Shown here in pieces: positions 23,566 through 32,000 of a stretch of 32,000 nucleotides of DNA. The translations under genes and the position numbers were made by a program. The DNA is from Methylophilus sp. (GTDB taxonomy: Bacteria; Pseudomonadota; Gammaproteobacteria; Burkholderiales; Methylophilaceae), in the NCBI GenBank assembly GCA_052437885.1, contig JBQVPB010000011.1, positions 13,793-45,792 of the forward strand. Reading direction: 5' to 3'. The notes beneath the pieces are model-generated. The model ran no database searches. It saw nothing but the letters and a program-made list of their open reading frames with translations, and had not been told where the DNA came from. Position 1 is the first letter of the stretch. The number at the start of each line of letters is the position of its first letter.

Positions 23566-24642
23566 TTATTCAGGCAAGTCTGCATGTTCTTCGAATATCT
23601 CTCTGAAGCGTTCGGCCAGCCTGGCAAAGGTGCTGAGTATCATGGGGTCGAAATGTTCAGGGCGTGTACGGCCATCGCCTTTCAAAATGATCTGCATGGC
23701 ACGCTCATGGGTAAAAGCCGTTTTATACGGACGTTTGCTGCGTAGCGCGTCATATACGTCGCTGATCACCATGATACGCGCAGATAACGGGATTGCCTCT
23801 CCTTTCAGGCCATTCGGGTAGCCGGTGCCGTTCCAGCGCTCATGGTGGTTGAGTGCGATCTCAGCGCCCATCATGGTGAACGGCGAGGTGCTTTTGCCGT
23901 GACCCAGTATGCTGTGACCCAGGGCAGCGTGGGTTTTCATGATTTCCCATTCATCGGCACTATGCGCGCCTGGTTTGAGTAAAATATGGTCGGGGATGCC
24001 TATTTTTCCTACATCATGCAAGGGGCTGGCATGGTAGATGGTGTCTATGAAATCCGCGCTCATGCCCAGGTCAGCCGACAGTTCCTTACAGAAAAAAGCG
24101 ATGCGATGGATATGGTCGCCGGTTTCCTTATCGCGGAATTCGGCCGCGCGCAGTATGCTGAACATGGAGTCGAAATAACTGGTCAGCAATTGCTCTGTGC
24201 GTTCTTCAACCTGCACTTCCAGCGTACGGCTATAGTTGCTCAAAAAGTCGTTATATTCCTTGAGGCGTAGCAGGTTGCGCACCCGTATCCAGAGCTCGGC
24301 CCGGTCTACCGGCTTGGTGACAAACTCCTCTACCCCGCATTGCAGGGCGCGCATTTTTGAGTTTCTGTCTATCAGCGCGGTGATCATGATGATGGGGATG
24401 ACTTTGGTCGCCTCATTACTTTTCAGCTGTGCGGCCAGTTCAAAGCCATTGAGTACCGGCATCATGGCGTCGAGCAGAATAAGGTCGGGCTGATGTTGCG
24501 CGATCAGGTCCAGTGCCATTTTGCCATCATAGGCTTGCAAGGTGGCGTAGCCTTCTGAGGTCAGCAGCGTATCCAGATAGGTACGGTTATGCTCTTCATC
24601 ATCGACGATGAGTATGGTCTTGCGTGTGACTTTCATGTCCAT
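23566..24642 (-). CDS. response regulator with an HD-GYP domain (probable c-di-GMP phosphodiesterase, RpfG-like)
   Basis: 358 aa. Receiver is ILIVDDEEHNR...DLILLDAMMP. HD-GYP motifs are LHDVGKIGIP and HHERWNGTGYPNGL. Confidence 0.9.
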   Translation of the reverse strand: MDMKVTRKTILIVDDEEHNRTYLDTLLTSEGYATLQAYDGKMALDLIAQHQPDLILLDAMMPVLNGFELAAQLKSNEATKVIPIIMITALIDRNSKMRALQCGVEEFVTKPVDRAELWIRVRNLLRLKEYNDFLSNYSRTLEVQVEERTEQLLTSYFDSMFSILRAAEFRDKETGDHIHRIAFFCKELSADLGMSADFIDTIYHASPLHDVGKIGIPDHILLKPGAHSADEWEIMKTHAALGHSILGHGKSTSPFTMMGAEIALNHHERWNGTGYPNGLKGEAIPLSARIMVISDVYDALRSKRPYKTAFTHERAMQIILKGDGRTRPEHFDPMILSTFARLAERFREIFEEHADLPE

Positions 24643-24707
24643 GGTTTCAACCCTCTCGCCAGCATTTTTTTATGCGCAGATCTGCTTTAAAGTGGAATTC
24701 TGGTGTT

Positions 24708-25070
24708 TTAAAGCAAGGCATCAACGGTTTCCAGAAACTCTTTATAACGGATAGGCTTGGCTATATAGCCATCGCACCCTGCCTGACGCATTTTTTCTTC
24801 GTCGCCTTTCATGGCAAATGCGGTGAGTGCGATTATCTTGATATGACTGGTGATGCTCTCCTGTTTCAGCATGCGCGTGGCGGTCAGGCCGTCCATGCCC
24901 GGTAGCTGGATATCCATCAGTATCACTGCCGGCAAATCCTTGCGTGCGATGTCTATGCCGTCCAGCGCGTTGACTGCCTGCAACACATCATGCCCTGAAG
25001 TCTCCAATAGCAAATGCGCCAGCTTCATATTGGTAGGGTTGTCTTCGATCACCAGGACTTTTGCCATCAT
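24708..25070 (-). CDS. single-domain CheY-like response regulator
   Basis: 120 aa. VLVIEDNPTNMKL...VILMDIQLPGMDG...ALTAFAMKGD...YIAKP. The start overlaps the kinase stop (ATGA at 25067-25070). Confidence 0.9.
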   Translation of the reverse strand: MMAKVLVIEDNPTNMKLAHLLLETSGHDVLQAVNALDGIDIARKDLPAVILMDIQLPGMDGLTATRMLKQESITSHIKIIALTAFAMKGDEEKMRQAGCDGYIAKPIRYKEFLETVDALL

Positions 25071-28000
25071 TGCCTCTGCGAATTTGCCTTGCTGGTGCGC
25101 TTTTTCTTGGCGGACAAGGCGCGGTGGACTTCGGTGATAAAGTTGCCATGATTGAATTCGGATTTTTCCAGCACAGCCAGCACATGGCCTTTCAGGACTT
25201 GATGCTCCTGTGGTGTGAGAAATTTGGAGGTCACGATAATGATAGGGATCTTTGCCGTGCGTTTATCCTGCTTTAAATCCTCAACCACCTCAAAGCCATT
25301 GATCTCCGGCATCATCAGATCCAGCACAATCAGGTCAGGTAATTGCATTTTGGCGATATTGGTAGCTTCATTGCCGCCATAGGCGCGCAGCACGGTGTGT
25401 TTGGCGTGCTCAAGATAAGAAGAAATGATTTCGACCGCTTTGGGGTCGTCATCAACCACCAGTACCTTGGCACCGGGCAGGTTATGCCCGGGTTTGCTAA
25501 AGCCCAGCGTGCTTAAAGCAGTTTGCAGATCGTCGGCCGAGACCGGTTTTTGCAATACCTGTGCTGCGCCCAGTGACAAGCCGCGGTTGCTATCTGCGAT
25601 GATAGAAAGAATGACCACTGGGATATGGGCGAGTTTGGCATCTGTTTTCAGTTTGGTTAAAAATTCCCAGCCGTCCATGCCAGGCAACAAGATATCCAGC
25701 GTGATCAGATCTGGCGGATTGCCGCCAGCCAGGATAGCCAGAGCGATTTCAGCAGTAGCCGCACGCGTCACCCGGCAATTGTCTGCTTCCAGTTGCAGCC
25801 TGATCAGGTCGGCCGCCCTGTCATCATCTTCCAGCACCAGCACATGCGGTGTATCGGTATGCACGAATGGGCGTAGACTCTCTCCGGGCTGTACGCTGGC
25901 TACCGTGCTGTCGCCGAGGTTGCTGTTATGTTGCAGCCAGACCGTGAAGGTGCTGCCTGCCCCCGGCGTACTAGTAACGGCCACCGCCCCGCTATGCAGT
26001 TCAGCCAGTTTTCGCACCAGAGCCAGGCCCAGGCCGGTGCCCTCGAAACGCCGTGAAAGTGTGCTTTCAACCTGCACAAATGGCTGGAAAAGACGGTTGA
26101 TATCCTGTGGCTCTATGCCTATGCCAGTATCGGTGATGGAGATCTGGATAAACTGGCTGGCATTCCCTATAGGTGAATAATGGTTTTTCGGGATATCCCT
26201 GGTTTGCTCCAGCACATGGTCGCGCTCAACCAGGCTTGCCTGCAAGGTGACCTGCCCGCCTTCAGGCGTGAACTTCACCGCATTGGACAACAGGTTATAA
26301 ACGATCTGTTTCACTTTGCGTGAATCCAGCCAGGCATGGCCTAAAGCGTCTGGCAGGTCAGAGAGCAGTTTGATATGCTGGCTGGCGGCTTTTTCCTTGA
26401 TGATGGAAAGGCTGTTCTGCAGCAGGCCCTGCACGTCTATCATCTCGCCTTCAAGCTCCATGCGGCCAGCTTCGATTTTTGACAGGTCGAGTACATCATT
26501 GATCAGCGACAGCAGGTGCTGCCCGCTCTCAAAAATATCATTGACGTAGATTTTCTGTTTATCCGCCAATTCACCGATCAAGCCATCGCGCAGTATCTCC
26601 GAAAAACCGATAATGGCATTGAGCGGCGTGCGCAGTTCATGCGACATGGTGGCGAGAAACTCGGACTTCATCTTGTCTGCTTCCAGCAACTGCTCGTTTT
26701 TGAGCCCTATTTCTTCACTGCGCAGATGCAGTTGCTCGGCCAGCAGCTTGAGGTCGCCATATTGCTGGATATTATGCAACGCCACCCCAAGCTGGGCCGA
26801 CAGGCGCTCAATAAAGGTTTGGTCGCGGTCAGTCACGGCATGGCTTGCCGCCAGCACCAGCACGGCCAGGCGTTTTTCCTGGTAAGTGACAGGACAGATG
26901 ATAATGCCGGCCGGCTTAATTGAGAGCAGCCCGGTCTCTATGGTCAGGCTGGGAAACTCCTCCACATCACGCAGTATCAGGGTCTGGTTCTTGTGTACCG
27001 CCTCGCCTATGATGCCGTGGCCGAGCTTGAATTCAGTGAGGATATCGCTGGGTGCCGCATGTGAGCTTTCCAGATTGTAAAAACCGCCCCATTCGTCATA
27101 GCCATACACCGCGGAAACCGGGAAAGCGTGATTCCTGGCCAGGATCTCCAGCATATTGGGCAGGATATGTGTGCGGTCGTAATTGGCGTTGAACAGCCTT
27201 AATACTTCACTATGCGTCTGGTCATAAAGCGCGGCATTTTTCAGGTCGTATTCTATCTGCTTGAAATCGCTGACATCGCGGGCCACCGTGGATAAGTGCG
27301 TGGGCACGCCGCTGGCATCCTTATGTACCACCACGACCTGGGAAACCGGGATGTCTATGCCGGTGCGGCTGATAAAGGCAGTTTCACCGCTCCATACTCC
27401 GGTACTCAGTGCGGCGGGAATGGCCTTGTTATGTATGAGTTCAGTCGCCCAGTCCGGGCGCATGCGCGAGATGGCTTGTGCGGCGATATCTTCGTTTTCA
27501 CCTATGCCCAGCAGATTGCGCCCTCCTCTGTTCAGATAAAAATACTCGCCCTGCAGGTTGGCATTGGCGATCAGGTCGGGTGAGGCATCCAGAATATCCG
27601 TGAGCCTTCTTTGTTCAGCCGAGGCTTGCTTGCGTATCCTGAGATCACGCCGGATACGCCATATCAGCAGCGGGAAAAAGATCAGGATAGCGACCGACAT
27701 AAAGGTGAACAGGGTCAGCAAGTCTTTGGCATGGTCTTGTTCCAGCTTGGTACGGTCGGCCAGCAGGTTCTGCTCTTCCAGCGACATGGCACTGAATACG
27801 CCGCGGATCTCCAGCATATCCTCGCGACGGATGGAGTCTTGGCGCAGGATATCCCGCATTTTGGCGATGGGGACCTGGTGTGCGGAATCAACGAGCTGAT
27901 TAAAGTAGATCAGTCGCCTGTCTATCAGCCGTCTTAACAGCGTGATCTGCTTCTGCTGGAAGCTGTTGTCTTTGGTCAGCACCGCCAGCTCGGTAATATC

Positions 28001-28285
28001 CTTTTGCAGGTCAGCCAAAGCGATATCGCGACGATTGATAGAGCTGTCGTCACCTGTGAGCAAAAAGCCGCGTTGCGACACTTCCAGCTGGTTGAAGAGC
28101 GAAAGGCCTCTATCCAGTTTTGAAATGACTTCGTTGGTATGTGTGATCCAGCGGTTGGTCTCGGAAAAACGTTGCAGGTAAAAAATGCTGGTGATGCCCA
28201 GGACAACCAGCAGCGCAAAAAAACTGATGAACCCATAGATAATGATGGATTCAAGCGCCCAGCGCTCTGTGCGTGGTGAACTCAT
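25067..28285 (-). CDS. hybrid sensor histidine kinase (CHASE3, TM, PAS, GAF, HisKA, HATPase_c, two receiver domains)
   Basis: 1072 aa. CHASE3-like segment is WITHTNEVISKL...EVSQRGFLLTGDDS. H-box is SEFLATMSHELRTPLNAIIGFSE. G-boxes are DTGIGI and GTGLGLALV. Receivers are VLVLEDDDRAADL...LDILLPGMDG and VLVVDDDPKAVEI...LDLMMPEING. Confidence 0.9.
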   Translation of the reverse strand: MSSPRTERWALESIIIYGFISFFALLVVLGITSIFYLQRFSETNRWITHTNEVISKLDRGLSLFNQLEVSQRGFLLTGDDSSINRRDIALADLQKDITELAVLTKDNSFQQKQITLLRRLIDRRLIYFNQLVDSAHQVPIAKMRDILRQDSIRREDMLEIRGVFSAMSLEEQNLLADRTKLEQDHAKDLLTLFTFMSVAILIFFPLLIWRIRRDLRIRKQASAEQRRLTDILDASPDLIANANLQGEYFYLNRGGRNLLGIGENEDIAAQAISRMRPDWATELIHNKAIPAALSTGVWSGETAFISRTGIDIPVSQVVVVHKDASGVPTHLSTVARDVSDFKQIEYDLKNAALYDQTHSEVLRLFNANYDRTHILPNMLEILARNHAFPVSAVYGYDEWGGFYNLESSHAAPSDILTEFKLGHGIIGEAVHKNQTLILRDVEEFPSLTIETGLLSIKPAGIIICPVTYQEKRLAVLVLAASHAVTDRDQTFIERLSAQLGVALHNIQQYGDLKLLAEQLHLRSEEIGLKNEQLLEADKMKSEFLATMSHELRTPLNAIIGFSEILRDGLIGELADKQKIYVNDIFESGQHLLSLINDVLDLSKIEAGRMELEGEMIDVQGLLQNSLSIIKEKAASQHIKLLSDLPDALGHAWLDSRKVKQIVYNLLSNAVKFTPEGGQVTLQASLVERDHVLEQTRDIPKNHYSPIGNASQFIQISITDTGIGIEPQDINRLFQPFVQVESTLSRRFEGTGLGLALVRKLAELHSGAVAVTSTPGAGSTFTVWLQHNSNLGDSTVASVQPGESLRPFVHTDTPHVLVLEDDDRAADLIRLQLEADNCRVTRAATAEIALAILAGGNPPDLITLDILLPGMDGWEFLTKLKTDAKLAHIPVVILSIIADSNRGLSLGAAQVLQKPVSADDLQTALSTLGFSKPGHNLPGAKVLVVDDDPKAVEIISSYLEHAKHTVLRAYGGNEATNIAKMQLPDLIVLDLMMPEINGFEVVEDLKQDKRTAKIPIIIVTSKFLTPQEHQVLKGHVLAVLEKSEFNHGNFITEVHRALSAKKKRTSKANSQRQ

Positions 28286-28643
28286 ACCGATATAAACCTG
28301 CTAGCCAGCATTTGTGATTCCCATCTTGTTATTCACATCAAGGATTAATCAGTACAGTGCTTACACCGATTTGAGATTGCGTTGTGCTAAACGTTCAACT
28401 GCCGCTAAATATTCATAAGGCTTTGATATGAAACGCCTTGAGAGAGCACATTCAACTGCAGCCAAGGCCATTTGTTTCAGGGTGGGAGCGAGATACATGT
28501 ATGCTAATTTATTCGCCCCTCATTAACCTGTCAATTCTAATTTTTACTTAAATTAAATATTTATCCGTATAAATATTCAGCTGTGCTGCAGGCAGTGGCG
28601 ATGAGATTGGCGAGCAGGCTGCCATTGCAGCCTGCAGCGCTTT

Positions 28644-30440
28644 TTATTTTGCCAGTTTGAATGTCAGGATACGGTCACCCTGTTTAAAGCCGAACAGCGA
28701 GTTGCCACCACTCACCACCGCGATGTATTGCTCTCCCGCGATCTGGTAAGTGATGGGCGGCGCATTGACGCCATATTCGGACTGGTAATGCCATAACGCT
28801 TTGCCATTGTCGCTGGCATAAGCGGTCAGGCGACCGTTGCCTTCGCCGCAAAACAGCAGGCCGCCGGCGGTAGACAGCACACCACCCACCAGTGGCTGCT
28901 CGGTTTTATGCTGCCAGGCGATCTTGCCGCTCTGGCTATCTATCGCACTCAGCAAGCCCCAGCGCGCATCTTCAGTCGGCTCGCTCGCGGCATAGCGCAT
29001 GGGTTTCTGTGCGTTGCCGGCATCGGTTTCGTGCACGGTATATTTGATCGGGCTATGCATGGCGGCCACGAATATCCTGTGCTGGCGCTCATCTACACTC
29101 ACAGGTGACCAGTTGGCACCACCGAGGATACCGGGATAGATCACGGTGCCCTCAGTACCAGGTTTTTTAAACAGGTTCAGCTGTGGCACAAAGGCTTCGG
29201 ATTTAGCCAGAAACTGCCCGCTAGCGCGGTCGTGTATATAGAACCAGCCGGTTTTACTGGCTTGCCCGACTGCCGCGATAGCTTTTCCCTGATGCTGGTA
29301 CTGAAACAGCACTGGCGGGCTGGCCAGATCATAGCCCCACAAGTCGTGCGGCACTTGCTGGTAATGCCATTTGTAGCGCCCGGTCTCGGTATCCAGCGCC
29401 ACCAGTGACACGGTATACAGATTGTCACCCGGCCTGGAAACATCGTTCATTTGCGGTGACGGGTTACCCGTACCAAAGTAAAGTGTATCGGTGTTGCTAT
29501 CTATCGCCGGTGTGCTCCAGGCTGAACCGCCGCCAAACCTGGCCGCATCCGGGTAGTCTTTAAGGGCGTTTTTCTCGGCCGCGATATCACGTTCAAACAC
29601 ACTGCCATCCGCTGTTCTGGTAGTAAAGCCCCCCTCCCAGGCTTTTGCCGGGATAGTATCAAACTGCCACAGCTGGTGGCCGTCATTCACATCGAAGGCA
29701 GCCAGAAAACCCGGGCGCCCATAACGACCTGTCACCCCTATCACCGCGCCCAAAGGCGCATCGCTGGTCGGGTTGTCTATATGTAATCCATAGCCTACGC
29801 CGGTGATGCCGATAATGACCTTATGTTTGTAGACCACAGGTGCCATGGCAATGCCGACGCCGGTGCCGCCGGTGACTTTCCTGGTTTTATTCGGGTCACT
29901 GCTATTCAGCGTATTTTGTTGCTCGGTATTCACCTGATTGGCAGCGACATCGATATCCCAGAGTTTTTTACCGCTGGCGGCATCCAGCGCGATCAGACGC
30001 GCATCCACCGTGCCTATGAATACTTTGCCCTCAGACACGGCAACGCCGCGGTTGGCAGGCCCGCAACACATAGGCCAGTCGGCTTTGCGGTCATGCGTGT
30101 ATTTCCACAATTGCCTGCCGGTCGCGGCATCCAGTGCCAGCACATGGTTGAACGGCAGGCTGACATACATGACGCCATTGACGACGATAGGCGTCGCCTG
30201 GAAAGTGGCTTTGACGCCGGTGTTGACGGTCCAGGCAGATGCCAGCTGGCCGACAGTCTGCTGGTTGATCTGCGACAAAGGCGAAAAACGTTGCGCTTGC
30301 AGATTCAGACCGTAACTGGGCCAGTCTGTATTCCGTGCCGCAGGCGAGCCCGGCCTTGAGACCTGGGAACAAGCCAGCAACAGCGATACTGACGCCAGCC
30401 CTAGATAAGTTGATAACTGCCGCATGAGAGGTTTATTCAT
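28644..30440 (-). CDS. PQQ-dependent dehydrogenase (methanol/ethanol family), predicted lipoprotein
   Basis: The track start is 30560. The ATG at 30440 gives MNKPLMRQLSTYLGLASVSLLLAC (lipobox LLAC). Other marks are WPSYGLNLQAQRFSPLSQIN, ATPIVVNGVMYV, the vicinal Cys pair WPMCCGPANRG, and repeated W-motif beta-propeller blades. Confidence 0.8.
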   Translation of the reverse strand: MNKPLMRQLSTYLGLASVSLLLACSQVSRPGSPAARNTDWPSYGLNLQAQRFSPLSQINQQTVGQLASAWTVNTGVKATFQATPIVVNGVMYVSLPFNHVLALDAATGRQLWKYTHDRKADWPMCCGPANRGVAVSEGKVFIGTVDARLIALDAASGKKLWDIDVAANQVNTEQQNTLNSSDPNKTRKVTGGTGVGIAMAPVVYKHKVIIGITGVGYGLHIDNPTSDAPLGAVIGVTGRYGRPGFLAAFDVNDGHQLWQFDTIPAKAWEGGFTTRTADGSVFERDIAAEKNALKDYPDAARFGGGSAWSTPAIDSNTDTLYFGTGNPSPQMNDVSRPGDNLYTVSLVALDTETGRYKWHYQQVPHDLWGYDLASPPVLFQYQHQGKAIAAVGQASKTGWFYIHDRASGQFLAKSEAFVPQLNLFKKPGTEGTVIYPGILGGANWSPVSVDERQHRIFVAAMHSPIKYTVHETDAGNAQKPMRYAASEPTEDARWGLLSAIDSQSGKIAWQHKTEQPLVGGVLSTAGGLLFCGEGNGRLTAYASDNGKALWHYQSEYGVNAPPITYQIAGEQYIAVVSGGNSLFGFKQGDRILTFKLAK

Positions 30441-30613
30441 AGCTATATATCCAATGACTATACAGGTGAGTATACATGCGAAATGCGTCTGAAAAGGATT
30501 TTTGCGTGCACAGGCTATTTGCGTGACCACCATGCAAAATAAATATTTATCACATTGCAACTAAAGCCGGTTTATGATGGACATAAATAATATTAGTTAA
30601 TGCGATAATAGTT

Positions 30614-31657
30614 ATGAGCCTGCCCACTTCCTTTGCCCTCAAACTTGCCGAAAAAGGCTTATTACCAGATCTACTCATACGCAAAGGCATACAGAGACTC
30701 TGCCAGGCCCGATTGGAAGAGATAGAGGACAACGATTGTGAGAGCGCACAAGCAGCCCTGATCCAGTTTTTCGAGCAGATGCAAACCGCAGACATTGCGC
30801 CACTACCTGAAAAAGCCAACGCGCAACACTACGAGGTCGCGGCAGATTTTTATCAATATTGCCTGGGCGCGCAACGTAAATATAGCAGTTGTTACTGGTC
30901 AGACGAGACGGAAACACTGGATGAGGCCGAAAACCTGGCGCTGTCTAAAACCTGTGCCCATGCCTTGATCCAGGACGGTCAGCAGATACTGGAACTCGGT
31001 TGCGGCTGGGGTGCGCTGACATTGTGGATGGCCAGGCATTATCCGAATGCCAGCATCACCGGCGTCTCCAATTCTGCTTCGCAACGCGAATATATCCTGC
31101 AGCAGGCCAGCCTGCTCGGCCTGGCCAATCTCAATATCATTACTGCAGATATGAATGTATTCGATACCGAGCAGCGCTTTGACCGTATCGTATCGGTAGA
31201 GATGTTCGAGCACATGCGCAACTATCAGGTGTTATATGCCAAAGTGGCGCGCTGGCTGAAACCCAACGGGCTGTTTTTTAAACATATTTTCGTGCATAGG
31301 CATGCGCCGTACACCTTTGACGTCAAGTCCGACGATGACTGGATGAGTCAGTATTTCTTTAGTGGCGGCATGATGCCTAGTGATGATCTGCCGCTTTATT
31401 TTCAGGATGATCTCAAGATCATAGATAAATGGCGCTGGAACGGCAGCCATTATGAAAAGACCGCCAATGCCTGGCTGGATAATATGGACCAGAATCGCGC
31501 CGCGCTGACACCAGTTTTGCAAGCCATTTATGGTGAGGCGGATGCCGAGCTCTGGCGCCAGCGCTGGCGCATTTTTTTCATGGCATGTGCCGAACTGTTT
31601 GCATACCAGCATGGGCAGACCTGGTGGGTCAGCCACTATCTGTTTGCAAAGAAGTAA
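30614..31657 (+). CDS. cyclopropane-fatty-acyl-phospholipid synthase family SAM-dependent methyltransferase
   Basis: 347 aa. HYEVAADFYQ...ILELGCGWGALTLWMARHY (SAM motif I)...IVSVEMFEHM is the CMAS-family pattern. Confidence 0.85.
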   Translation: MSLPTSFALKLAEKGLLPDLLIRKGIQRLCQARLEEIEDNDCESAQAALIQFFEQMQTADIAPLPEKANAQHYEVAADFYQYCLGAQRKYSSCYWSDETETLDEAENLALSKTCAHALIQDGQQILELGCGWGALTLWMARHYPNASITGVSNSASQREYILQQASLLGLANLNIITADMNVFDTEQRFDRIVSVEMFEHMRNYQVLYAKVARWLKPNGLFFKHIFVHRHAPYTFDVKSDDDWMSQYFFSGGMMPSDDLPLYFQDDLKIIDKWRWNGSHYEKTANAWLDNMDQNRAALTPVLQAIYGEADAELWRQRWRIFFMACAELFAYQHGQTWWVSHYLFAKK

Positions 31658-31672
31658 AGTTTGATATCAGAT

Positions 31673-32000
31673 ATGCGTTCTAACAATCTGATTATATTTA
31701 ATTTTATATCTTTCCAGCTGCTGTGGTGGGCATGCGTGCTTTCCGCCGGAGCGGGTTTGGCGTGGCAGGTACTCATACTGGTTGTGCTATACACTGCCGC
31801 TCATCTGCAATGGGTAGAAAGCTGGCAGCAGGCTTTACCTTTATTGGTCACCGCAGCAGTGGGCAGTCTGTTCGACCAGATCGGTTACAGCATGGGCTGG
31901 ATCAGTTTTAACGACCACCACAGCTGGATCAGCCATATTCCATTATGGATGATCGCCTTATGGCTGGCCTTTGCCTGTACCCTGAATGTGAGTATGCGCT
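31673..32000 (+). CDS. DUF2878-like membrane protein, partial (continues beyond the window)
   Basis: ATG at 31673, open to the window end: MRSNNLIIFNFISFQLLWWACVLSAGAGLAWQVLILVVLYTAAHL... Absent from the ORF track because there is no stop. Small membrane genes of this type commonly follow cfa-like genes. The family call is from memory of the pattern. Confidence 0.45.
   Translation, partial: MRSNNLIIFNFISFQLLWWACVLSAGAGLAWQVLILVVLYTAAHLQWVESWQQALPLLVTAAVGSLFDQIGYSMGWISFNDHHSWISHIPLWMIALWLAFACTLNVSMR

Noticed and set aside
25425-26180. Long antisense or alternative-frame ORFs inside well-supported genes. Examples: 25425-26180, 26516-26923 and 27558-27937 in the kinase; 4997-5995 in rpsA; 8118-8584 in aroA and tyrA; 29823-30359 in the PQQ gene; 2284-2732 in pyrF; 3163-3591 in lapB; 31232-31636 in the cfa-family gene.
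   Set aside because: They are typical shadow ORFs opposite GC-rich coding regions. They have Arg/Ser/Ala-rich low-complexity translations, no RBS, and are fully embedded in genes with clear homology.
28286-28643. Small ORF (ATGAAACGCCTTGAG..., about 32 codons) and the hairpin CAGGCTGC-CATT-GCAGCCTG in the intergenic region between the kinase and the PQQ dehydrogenase
   Set aside because: The ORF has no RBS and no recognisable features. The hairpin lacks a proper T-run on the strand of the upstream gene, so I do not call a terminator or sRNA.
1-32000. CRISPR arrays, rRNA or tRNA genes, IS elements
   Set aside because: No regularly spaced direct repeats, no tRNA-like cloverleaf other than the tmRNA tRNA-like domain, and no transposase-like ORF were seen on either strand.

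Overview
The window is a proteobacterial chromosome segment. The housekeeping proteins and the tmRNA tag ANDETYALAA look betaproteobacterial, which is inference only.

1-9.8 kb: a housekeeping block. tyrA, aroA, cmk, rpsA, ihfB, lapB, pyrF and comEA lie on the minus strand, with a plus-strand DUF2061 gene between cmk and aroA and two small envelope proteins. ssrA (tmRNA) follows on the plus strand.

9.8-11.45 kb: an AT-rich two-gene islet encoding a 137-aa protein and a KfrA_N-like coiled-coil protein.

11.45-23.03 kb: the accessory core. Two diverged but fully syntenic filamentous-phage (inovirus-like) prophages lie tail-to-tail. Each has a divergent HTH repressor, an 87-93 aa protein, an HUH Rep, a major coat, a ~110 aa TM protein, a Cys-rich pIII-like protein, a pVI-like protein, a Zot/pI ATPase and a ~94 aa ORF. 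Neither encodes an integrase, transposase or secretin.

The three prophage boundaries are dif-like 28-mers. A complete XerC-arm/TGTATA/XerD-arm dif sits exactly between the phages at 17273-17300, and two complementary hybrid sites lie at the outer ends. I read this as two Xer-exploiting integrative elements (IMEX) captured in opposite orientations at the chromosomal dif. Their att cores lie inside the 3' ends of the repressor genes.

23.1-32 kb: a lipoprotein, an HD-GYP response regulator, a CheY-like receiver, a CHASE3-PAS-GAF hybrid histidine kinase, a lipoprotein-type PQQ dehydrogenase, a CFA-synthase-family methyltransferase and a partial DUF2878 gene.

No CRISPR array, rRNA or tRNA gene was seen.
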